Source: Octopus sinensis
Lineage: Eukaryota
Length of the DNA stretch: 64,000 nucleotides
Reading direction: 5' to 3'
NCBI RefSeq assembly: GCF_006345805.1
Contig: NC_043009.1
Span: 40,424,001-40,488,000 of the forward strand
Under the pieces are notes generated by a model. That model had not been told where the DNA came from. It did not search any database and saw only the letters and a list, made by a program, of their open reading frames with translations. Position numbers and translations under genes: made by a program. Positions 1-10,816 of the stretch are shown here, piece by piece. Numbering within the stretch: the first letter of the stretch is position 1; each line of letters begins with the position of its first letter.

Positions 1-107
1 GAACATATAAACATATAAAATAGCTTGTTTAGGCAAATTATTCTTTTATTTCACCACCAACCCCCCCCCCACACACATATATATATCTATAAATATCTAT
101 ACCTGTC

Positions 108-171
<64 letters not shown>

Positions 172-267
172 GTATATATATATAGGCATATATGTATGTA
201 TGTACGTACATATGTATGTATGTATGTATGATGTATGTATGTATGTATGTATGTATGTATGTATATA

Positions 268-481
268 CAGTGAGTAGCTTGTTCGTTAGTTCGAACGTAC
301 CTCAAGCATATTCAGAGTGATAATAACATAACAACATTACACACATACGCACACACACAAATATATATTTCAGAGGAGGAGCGCTAAGCAGTGATAAGTA
401 AAATTGTAATACTCTTATCATATTATTATTAGTTAGTACGTACTTGAGGCACGTTCGAACTGGGGAACAAGCTACTCACTG
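268..481. mobile_element. MITE with 39-bp TIRs (Tc1/mariner-like CAGTG end)
   Basis: cagtgagtagcttgttcgttagttcgaacgtacctcaag (268-306) is the near-perfect reverse complement of 443-481. TA on the left flank only (right flank is CG). Confidence 0.7.
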
Positions 482-524
482 CGTTTTGTCACGGAGAATA
501 TATCCCGTTTGTTGAAAAATGAGA

Positions 525-814
525 AAAGCCTTGTAAAAGGATTTTGTAGACGGAAACTGAAAGAAACCCGCCGTCTATATATGTGCGTGTGTGTGAATAT
601 TTGTGTGTATGTTTGTTTGTCCCTACACCATTGCTTGACAACCGATGTTGGCGTTTTTAATGTACCTCGTAACTTAGCGGTTCGGCAAAAGAAACAGATA
701 GAATAAGTACTAGGCTTACAAAGAATAAGTTCTGTGGTCGATTTGATCGACTAAAGGCGGTACTCCAGCATAGCCGTAGTCATATGACTGAGACAAGTAA
801 AAGAATAAAAGAAT
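525..814 (+). mobile_element. SINE family A, 5'-truncated
   Basis: Matches the body and tail of the full copies (gacggaaactgaaagaa...gtaacttagcggttcggcaaaag...gactgaaacaagtaaaagaata). Confidence 0.85.
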
Positions 815-848
815 ATATACGTAAGTGTATATGTACGCATATATATAT

Positions 849-881
<33 letters not shown>

Positions 882-915
882 GCGTTTGTCTATGTGTGTG
901 TGCATGTGTATGCTT

Positions 916-1075
916 GGAAGCACGTGGCTTAGTGGATATGGCGTTGCATCCTGTTCCTATAAATGTGGTTTCCATTCTTTGTTCTTTGACAAAGTGATTT
1001 GTTGTGTTCTTGAACGAAACGCATCATTTCACGATATGTAAGTCCACTCAACGGGCAAAATTGAGTTATCAAGCG
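916..1075 (+). mobile_element. SINE family C head, degenerate
   Basis: tRNA-like head followed by the ttgtgttcttgaacgaaac...gtccactcaacgggcaaaattgagt core seen in the other C copies. Confidence 0.55.
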
Positions 1076-1256
1076 ATAGGCCAGCGTCCTGTCATAGAGG
1101 GAAGTATATACCTCACAGAATGCAGGAAACCATCCTAATGAGACGATCTCCAAGATTTTGTGGCGGGAAGAACCTTGATTTTGCTTTTTGTTTTGTTTTT
1201 ATATACGTATGAATATATACGTGTATATATACGTATGAATATATATGAATATATAC

Positions 1257-1318
<62 letters not shown>

Positions 1319-1351
1319 TTATATATATATATATACATATATGTATGTATG

Positions 1352-1383
<32 letters not shown>

Positions 1384-2065
1384 TATATGTATGTATGTAT
1401 ATATGTATGTATGTGTGTGTATGTGTGTGTGAGTGTATTATGTGATTGCGTGTGTGATGAACTCTTGTCGATTTCGACTTTGGCGTGTTCGGTGTTGTTC
1501 TATGAACTGGTCAACCTATTAGAAATTTAGTGTGTGAAGTGGCTGAGTATTCCACAGACATAAGTAGAAATAATGCCTGAATTTGAATTACAGTTCTAGT
1601 CCATCTAACAGGCTTCTATGCATCCGCATAGTTTCCGCCTACCCATATTCACCTGCAACTCATGAATCGATCTTAAACTATGATAAAGACCTTAGCTCAA
1701 AATACTGTCTTCTGGAATTGAACCAACGACTTCGTGGTTTCGAATCGAACTCATTAACTACTCCGCCGATGTCTATATCTTCCACTGTATAAAGTTAGTT
1801 CGTTGCTTCCATAGTACTGCCCCGGCTCTCCTTATTCCCGATCTGCCGCCAACTAAGTAAAGTAGAGAGTAATCAGTACCCTGCACTAGATGACTGATAT
1901 AATATCAGTGTAAATATATGAAATATTTAACATATATAAGAAAAGAATATCATGGTTTTTCTCTTCAGAGATTGGTATTTATGTTATTCGACCGTATTAA
2001 TTACACACTATTTCTGCAGTCATTTACACGAAAACCAACTAACAGAGCCTCTAGCACCTCTCACT

Positions 2066-2108
<43 letters not shown>

Positions 2109-2511
2109 ATCGTTCGACTATCTAGATATAAAAATCAGATCATACTGCACTGTCTTAAATAGAGAAGGCACATAGAATAATATGGGTCTAGATGAGCATT
2201 GGTTGAAAAAAAAACAACAAAAACAGAAAACCCGAATGCCATTTTTTGGAATGCCATTGGTCATATGCCTGTTAAATTTAAGGGACATCTGGGGTTAAAA
2301 ACAACAGCAATAATTATTTGCGTATTTACATATTTAGAGTCGTTGTGGTTTATTTGTAATGAAAATGTTCAATTTGTAGCCAATTTGCTAGAACATAAAA
2401 TTACTCTGGGGAAATTAATGTTTATAGTTTTATATATATTTTTCTCTTAGGAGAATTCTTTAAAATTTGAAGCAGTGAATGCTTTAATCAAAGATCTCAA
2501 AGGCAATGTCA

Positions 2512-2555
<44 letters not shown>

Positions 2556-2700
2556 CATATGTACACACACACATTCACAAACACACATATACACATATTG
2601 ATACATACATTATATCTATCTATGTGTTTGTGTGTGTGTGTGTGTGTGTATATGTATAGATGTATATACATCTATATATTACTTACATATATATATATAT

Positions 2701-3110
2701 ACTCTTTTACTCTTTTACTTGTTTCAGTCATTTGACTGCGGCCATGCTGGAGCACCGCCTTTAGTCGAGCAAATCGACCCCAGGACTTATTCTTTGGAAG
2801 CCTAGTACTTATTCTATCGGGCTCTTTTGCCGAACCGCTAAGTTACGGGGACGTAAACATACCAGCATCGGTTGTCAAGCGATGCTGGGGGGGATAAACT
2901 CAGACAGAGAGACGTATACACACATACCTACATATATACATATATACGACGGGCTTCTTTCAGTTTCCGTCTGCCAAATCCACTCACAAGGCTTTGGTCG
3001 GCCCAAGGCTATAGTAGAAGACACTTGTCCAAGGTGCCACGCAGTAGGACTGAACCCGGAACCATGTGGTTGGTAAGCAAGCTACTTACCACACAGCCAC
3101 TCCTGTGCCT
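2701..3110 (-). mobile_element. SINE family A, full length
   Basis: A box (tggctgtgtgg), B box (ggttcagtcc), internal TA/CA tract and gtaaaagagtaaaagag tail on the minus strand. Confidence 0.9.
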
Positions 3111-3379
3111 ACCTATATACATATAAATATATTCATATGCGTACATATAAATATATGCACACACACACATATATATATGTTGATAATGTGTATATGTTTT
3201 TGTATGTGTGCGTGCGTGTGTGTGTGTGGGTATCTGTCTGTCTGTCTGCATGTGTGTTTTAGTCTTTGTATGCTAGAAGCAACTTGAAATGCAATTATAA
3301 CATGATGTATTTTAGCAACACACTTTGGAAATATTAAATACAGTCGAAATGTAGTCTGCGTAAAGTTAACGCAGCACAT

Positions 3380-3800
3380 GTATAGCTAACACATGAAATC
3401 AAGCATCTACATCTATATTCTTCCAGCAGTCTTATGTGGGCTAGAATGTGTCAACTGGACTTTTGTTGGTTGCACTACAGAAGCTGGAAAGCCTCTTAGA
3501 ATCATGTAATGCGACTTATCACCAACACCACAATCTCAGACCATGTCAGAATCGAAGAACTAAGACAAATAAACCAAATTACCATCAATCATCTCTGTCA
3601 TCAAAAATAAAGTACTCCAGCTGCTTGGCCACATTAAGCGAATGGCTTGTAGCGTCAGCAAGATCTGTTCGGAAGGTATGATTGATGGAAAGAGAAATAG
3701 AGTTCGACAACCTGAGAGATAGAGAAATAACGTCACAGCATGGACAAGTCTTGGCATAGCTTCCTCTGAATGCTCTTACCAAAGATCGAATGCTATTCGT
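3380..3800 (+). mobile_element. RTE-clade LINE 3' remnant
   Basis: Frameshifted translation gives IYILPAVLCGLEC..., ISDHVRIEELRQI and KVLQLLGHIKRM...KICSEGMIDGKRNRVRQPER*RNNVTAWT. This resembles the RTE post-RT C-terminus (GHI.R...EG...G.R.RGRP..RW.D.I..WT). Confidence 0.65.
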
Positions 3801-3810
3801 TTATTCATTT

Positions 3811-4020
3811 ATTCTTTTACTCTTTTACATGTTTCAGTAAATTTGACTGCGGCCATGTTGGAGCACCACCTTGAAGGGTTATAGTTGAGGAATCGACGCC
3901 CAAAACTTATTCTATCGGTCTCTTTTGCCGAACCGCACCGCTAAGTTACTGGGACGAAAGCATACCAGCATCGATTGTCAAGCAATGGTGGTGATGGACA
4001 AACAGAGGCACAAAGACACA
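3811..4020 (-). mobile_element. SINE family A, 3' half
   Basis: Similar to the family A tail. Confidence 0.8.
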
Positions 4021-4043
4021 CACACACACACACACAAAGACAA

Positions 4044-4111
<68 letters not shown>

Positions 4112-4419
4112 CTTCCAAGGACTAATATTGAACTCTAAAAGCATAAAGACTCTACAATGTATTGGTATACTTATTTATTAATTTTTGTATATAAGTATTA
4201 TTATTTTTTTGAAAAAACATTGTAAATTTCTTTTTTCCCATTCCTTAATTAAAAAAAAATTTTTTCTCCTTCCAAAGCTTGAAAATTTGCCTTGTTATAA
4301 AAGCCGGTTTGATTTATTCTTTATTCTTTTTTAATTTTTCATACAACCATTTTTATTCAAATTTACTTTCAAATTAGCATTCTGCCTTACTATAATTTTT
4401 CCTCTCCTTCATATATCAA

Positions 4420-5041
4420 TATATATATATAATTATTCAACAACAATTAAGGAATGGCCTTAATAGGCCATTCGGCCCACTAGAAGAAGCAGCCAGGACT
4501 CAAACCGCTAAGTAGTAGTAATTCAGAAATTAAATGAAAATTTAAAAACATTTACCCTAATTCATCTTTAGACGATGCATCGTTTCGGTGTTTTTAATGG
4601 CAAACCAGCTTAATTAAATTAAATTAAGTCAATCTACCAAAGGCTACACCTCATCAGTAAAGAAACCAGGAGGGACAGATATACACGAGGCATCTGTATC
4701 AATGCCCTCGGAATATCTGCCCTAAAATTTTCAAAACCATCGTATTCGCGCCAACTTATCAGCAGTAAATATAAACTGCTGATTCAATCTCAGAATTAGT
4801 CAGAAAATCATCAATTAATCAATTTAGGGTAGCAAAAATTCAATAGAAATTTATCGCTACCAGCGGTCTAGTGGGAAAGAGAAAATAGTCAAAGACTATA
4901 TATATAAATTCAACAACAATTAAGGAATAGTCTTAATAGGCCATTCGGCCCACTAGAAGAAGCAGCCAGGACTCGGCCTATTAAGGCCATTCCTTAATTG
5001 ACTATTTTCTCTTTCCCACTAGACCGCTGGTAAATTGAAAT

Positions 5042-5043
<2 letters not shown>
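4420..5043 (-). mobile_element. Non-coding hammerhead-containing retroelement (retrozyme-like / non-autonomous Penelope-associated), 473-bp unit
   Basis: Direct repeats 4435-4501 and 4908-4974 (65/67 identical, period 473). Inverted copy of internal sequence at 4975-5032. (TA)n on both flanks, no ORF, contains the hammerhead. Confidence 0.7.
4556..4670 (-). ncRNA. Type I hammerhead ribozyme (complete catalytic core)
   Basis: Read on the minus strand: stem I 5' UCUUUA (4663-4658), core CUGAUGA (4657-4651), stem II GGUGU (4650-4646) paired with ACACC (4591-4587), GAAA (4586-4583), stem III ACGAUGCAUCGU (4583-4572), C17 at 4571 (GUC triplet), stem I 3' UAAAGA (4570-4565). Stem I extends past a UG bulge with CCUGGUU/AAUUAGG (4670-4664/4562-4556). 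All conserved core positions are intact. Confidence 0.9.
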
Positions 5044-5082
<39 letters not shown>

Positions 5083-5085
<3 letters not shown>

Positions 5086-5237
5086 CGGGCTTCTTTCAGT
5101 TTTCGTCTACCAAATTCACTCACAAGGCTTTGGTTGGAACGAGGCTATAGTAGAAGACACTTACCCAAGTTGCCACACAGTGGGATTGAATCCGGAACCA
5201 TGTGGTTGGGAAGCAAGTTTCTTACCACACAGCCACG
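5083..5237 (-). mobile_element. SINE family A, 5' half
   Basis: Head and core up to gaaagaagcccgtc, ending in (TA)n. Confidence 0.85.
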
Positions 5238-7366
5238 CATGCAGCCCGATGTAAATATTTCATATCGGGACGCTTTCTGCCGTTGGTGGAGACAGCGGGA
5301 AATTATGATATACGAGACACATAAATATATAGAAATAAATGTATATATGCATGTATGTATATATGTATGTATGCATTAACATTTGCAAATATGTATATAT
5401 AATACATCTGTTTATAGCAGAAGATCTTTGTTACTTAGTGTTTGGTCAAAGACACATGGTAAGTCTTTTCCGAGGAGCGATCAGCAGGCCGTGAAATAGT
5501 CCGTCAGGGCCGTCAGCAGACACCTTCCCTCTTGCTTTTTTTTTTCGTATATTAATAATATCAAAGTAACGTGTTTACATTTTTATTTAAATCACAGTCT
5601 GGCTTTGTAATGTGTGTAAATAAATATATCTGCATATATGTAAGTATGTATGTGAATATTTATCTATCTAGCTGTGTGTGTGGGGGGGGGGCGCGTGCGC
5701 GTATGAATGTCTGCATATCCATTCCCTGATAAACTATATAAGACGTATTTATTTTCATCAGACTTGAAACGATAGAGTCAAATCGAATCCAGTGGGATTT
5801 GAACTCTAATGTATGAGATTTCAAATTGATATACGTTAATGTTTGCCGACAGTAAACATGGCTGTTCTAACTCTAGAAATAGCATCACAAGAAACTAATG
5901 CAATATTGCCTAAAGCAACAGAAGTTGTTAAGAAACATTTCCATCATTACTTCTTCCTCAAGCGACTGAAACCAAATAATTTCATATGAATTACTGCTTG
6001 TATGTTTAATATCTAAATGAATTTCACATAGTTTTCCTTACATATTTCATTCATTGAACGATGATGATTCATTTCAATACATTTTTTTAGATACTGTAGC
6101 ACAATAAAAAAGAAAATAAAACCCAGGTAGATTTACAGGATCGGGAAAGCGTTGGACACAATAACCATCGGCATTTCGCGTTATAAGTTTAATATTCCGA
6201 GTTCGATTCTGATTTGTGTAAATTTTGCTTTTCACCTTTCGTGGTCGATAAACTAGTACCATTTCAATCAAGAACCAATGCCAATTCAATTTTTCGCCAT
6301 GTTCTTATGTTAGAAATCAATATTGTACTCTAAATGGATTATGGTATGGACTAGAAAGCTAGAGCTATGAAACAGCTTCCATACCAATCTGCAAATCTGA
6401 CTATCCTTGTTTCCGTATGGAAACAAGCATAGCCATGTTGTGGATCGGTTCAATTTTTCTGAGCGCAAGATATAATAACTTATCATGTTTATTTCAGCTC
6501 TCCAAGTTCAAATTCCATTACTGGCACCACTTATTTTCATGTCCCTTATGTGCTAAAATAGAACACCAGTCCAGAGCGAGTGATCGTTTGGTAGAATTTT
6601 TAGGGCATCAACGTACGAGATTTACTTGCATCTGTTCCAACTCTTCGAGTTGTAAATTCCTGTGATGAACTTCATCAATCGCTCGGTTTAGCACAATCTC
6701 TCGGTACTAGGATACCTTTTGCAGAGTTTACTCTCCCCCAAGTTTTCCGGTCAGGGTTCCTGGAAGCCCTTACAGTATAAATAGCCATGAAAGCCGTCCC
6801 TCCTTCTGTGATGAAGCTGTAAAACACCCAGCTCTCTGTACTAGAAATATTTACACATAGTATAAGAAAGCACCAATTTTTCTTCAGCAAAATGTTTGAC
6901 AATTCTGTAGAGAATCCTCATTGATCTCTTTCATTGACACTCAGACGTGCGTTGTAATCGATTCCTGTACATCGCCAATATTTTATCGACCCAGCACTTA
7001 TAAAAGAAAAATACACTGTGCTAAATAGGGATCAATATTGATCATTTATTGCAGATTCGCACAGTTTAAGGGTGATGAATGAGCAAAATCGTTAGGGATT
7101 CGGGTAGAATCCCTCGTGGTATATGTTCTGCTTCTGAGTGGCTTCAGTTTCAAATCCAATCGAAGCTTTACTTATCGTTTTGGGGGTCGATTATTAATGT
7201 TTCAATTAACTATTGAAGCTAAATTCCTCTCGCACCCGCTCTTTTCCTTCTCTCCTGCCTTCTCTTATCTCTCTCTCTCTCCCTTATCTCCCTCCCTCTC
7301 TCTCCCTTATCTCCCTCCCTCTCTCTCCCTCTTTCTGTCTCTCTCTCTCTCCCACTATATATATAT

Positions 7367-7441
<75 letters not shown>

Positions 7442-7464
7442 ATATATATGTATATATAAATATA

Positions 7465-7771
7465 TCACCGTGATCACCGTGATCGACCAGGCTATCAGAT
7501 GTTGCTACACATCGCTGGTCACAATGCTCTTCGCATTGTTTTAGCCTTCAGATGACGCCACCCCGCTGGCTAAGCGAGCAGGCCAACAGAAGAAAGAGTG
7601 ATAGAAAGTTGTGGCGAAAGAGTACAGCAGGGATCGCCACCACCCTCTGCTGAAGCCGCGTGGAGCTTTAGGTGTTTTCGCTCAATAAACATTCACAACG
7701 CCTGGTCTGGGAATCGAAGCCGCGACACTACGACCGCGAGTCCGCTGCTCTAATCACTGGGCCATTGCGCC
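7465..7771 (-). mobile_element. SINE family D (tRNA head), tail variant 1
   Basis: Head ggcgcaatggcccagtgattagagcagcggactcgcggtcgtagtgtcgcggcttcgattcccagacc; body shared with 49746-50115. Confidence 0.85.
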
Positions 7772-7875
7772 TACACACAGACACACACAGACACACACAC
7801 ACACACAGACACACACAGACACACAGACACACAGACACACACACACACATATACATATATATATATATATATATA

Positions 7876-8400
7876 TTGTTTGTCTATGCCAGAAAAAAGG
7901 CTTTTTCGTTCGTCCTCTTGTGTGTTTGTTTTTGTACTTGTATCTCATTTTGTAACTAATTGTATTTTTTGTACATGTATTTTTATTTTTGCAGTTTTAT
8001 TGTTCGTCTATGCCAGAAAAAAGGCTTTTTCGTTCGTCCTCTTGTGTGTTTGTTTTTGTACATGTATTTTAATTTTGCAGTCTTATTGTTACGTCTTGTT
8101 TGTGTTCGTACTCATTTTGCCCCGCTGCTTGGAATTTTATTTTAATTCTCTCGCAGGAAGGCCTATTGGATTAGTGTTCTGTTATGCCTTCGAAACATGC
8201 CTGACTCCTCTAGCGACAGCTGATGACGGGGGTTTTGTCCTTGTGTAGCTTGTCCTGTATTTGTTTTTCGTTTTCTTGTTTTTCGTTTTCCGTTTTCTTG
8301 TTTTTTGTTTTTTGGTTTTTTCTGTTTCTACGTCTTATTGTGATGTCCTGTACTCCCGTATAATTATTTATATATCCATGTATATATACATGTAGATGTA
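7876..8400 (+). mobile_element. T-rich non-coding element in (TA)n with a 124-bp-period direct repeat; possible Penelope pseudo-LTR fragment
   Basis: About 60 bp repeated at 7877 and 8001. Degenerate ...aaggc...gccttcgaaacatgcc motif at 8150-8200. TA tracts on both sides. Confidence 0.35.
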
Positions 8401-8444
8401 GGTACGTACATATATGTTTGTATGTATGCATATATTTTTATTTA

Positions 8445-8495
<51 letters not shown>

Positions 8496-9826
8496 AATTC
8501 AAAGCCAAGCTGGAGCTAGCAAATCATTCTCATGGAAAAAGTTTTATGTTATCAGAACTGTTCAGAGATAATCCAATGTACAGCAGAACAAGAAAAGGAA
8601 ATAAAATAAAGAATAAAAAAGAGGAAAAAATACATCGATCGAAAAGGAAGTTACAAAGTAACAATTACCACCCGTTGCCTGATAAACGTTCAATCAATGT
8701 TCTATCTTTTCCAAGAAAGTTTAAATACTACAACTATAATCTATAATTTTCAGTAATGCTCTTTTTAAATGTCCATAAGTTCTGTTGAATGGGATTTAAG
8801 GAAGGTTAGTGTTAGCAAGTTTTTGTATTCTTTGATCGTGGATATATGATTTTAACGAAGCAGGCCTAAAGCAATGTATTCACAGACGTAACTTCCTACT
8901 ACCAACAACCGAGACTCCGACGCCGTTTTCTTGTCTGAACGAAACACGTTACTTCTTATAAGAGTTCGATGAGTCCACCCTTAAATCAACGCAGGGGTGT
9001 TAATGTCTGTCACTACAACACAAGTGTACGTTATCGTTGACCCAACGGTTAGATTGTTGGGCTCGGGATCATCGGGTCGTGGGTTCGGTTCTTGGACCAG
9101 GTAGCGTGTGTTGTCCTTAAGCAAAGCACTTCATTTCACATTGCTGCAGCGTAATCTGCTAAAAGCAAACACCAGTGGTACTTGGAATTTATTGCTGCAA
9201 CGGATTGGCGGCTCGTTCAAGGTGGGGGTAGTGGTATCTTGTCCTTTCAGTGTAAATGTCTTGTAAGCCCGGATGAGATTCGGCCTTCCGAGCCTGAAAG
9301 CTTGAAACATAAACCAATCCCCTGATGTGGTCCACTATGCAACCATTCAACGCAGTTAATTTCAGAGTATAAGAGAAAAAGTTCTTCTCTTTGGTTATAT
9401 TTAGCACACTGAAAACCAGTCTACTCAAGACTTATTAGGGACTTCATATGTAAGGTATAGAAAGCTAGATTTAATTTTTACTTGCCACCGATGTAAGCTT
9501 AGTGAAGGCACGTGTCATGGTGTTTAGGGTATTAAACCCATGATCCAGTACACTCGGCTGTAATTGAGTAACCCTGCAACGGAGTGAAAATCCCATTCAG
9601 GGAGAATGTTCTGATTTCGGTCACTTATGCGCCAAGGAAACTGGGTAAACAGCTGAATAAGCACGAGCCCTATGACTCGGGGGAGTAATATCCAGAGGTT
9701 GATACTGACAATGATAATAATGATAATGATGATGACAATGATGATGATAGTGGTGGGGGTGATGATGATAATGATGATGATGGTGGTAGTGATCATGATC
9801 ATGATCATGACGACGACGACGACGAC

Positions 9827-9857
<31 letters not shown>

Positions 9858-9897
9858 GTGGTGGTGATGGTGGCAGTGGTGGTAGTGGTGGTGGTGG

Positions 9898-9929
<32 letters not shown>

Positions 9930-10784
9930 GTAGTGGTGGTGATGGTGGTGGTGATAGTGATGTTGGTGATGATGAATAGGATGGGGAGGCTTATTCAGGA
10001 TGATGATGATAATGATGATGATGATGTGATGATGATGATGATGATAATATGATGATGATGATGATGATGATGACGACGATGACGCCGATGACGATGACTA
10101 CGACAACGATGATGAAGTAGGCCTCACCCGTGATATGCTAATGCTTCTCAAGCTGAAAATAAGTGATACACAACACAAGACTTAAAATAGTTAACGCCAG
10201 CAAAAATGAAAATTATACTTTTCGTACGCTACCGAAATTCTAATAATATTTCCCCGTTAGTGTATTTCGCAGAAGGCAAAGAACGTTTACGAGTCTTTTT
10301 ATTCATTACGAACAATTCATGTTAAAGCAACGATATTTTCTTTCATTCTATGAATATTGGCCGTCTATTAGCTAATATTCGAAAAGAATTTTATCTTATT
10401 GCGTGCATAATTCTAATCAACTCGAAAACAAGATTATACATCTCTAGTTGGCATCAAAACTTGGTTAATTTTTGTTGCTGTTTTTTTATTTCATTTTATT
10501 ATTTTTTTTTATTTTTTGTTTTACCTTAAACACCTGTAGAAAAATAAGAAACTGCTATTTCCCAAAATGTTATGTTACTAGATGCATTTAGTTATTTAGA
10601 TACTTTCATTTTCTCAAAGTGAGTCTGCTGAATTAACGAGTGTCTACTTCTTCACAGTTCCATTTACCTCTCAAAGGCATATATATTATCTACCTTTCAA
10701 AGAAACTATGCTATTAACAGTCGTTCTTTATCACAATACCTAGTCAACGATGTGACATAGCATATATCTATGTTTGTGGGCGTA

Positions 10785-10816
<32 letters not shown>

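Noticed and set aside
9524-10052. Met/Val-rich ORFs
   Set aside because: (GAT/GGT)n repeat.
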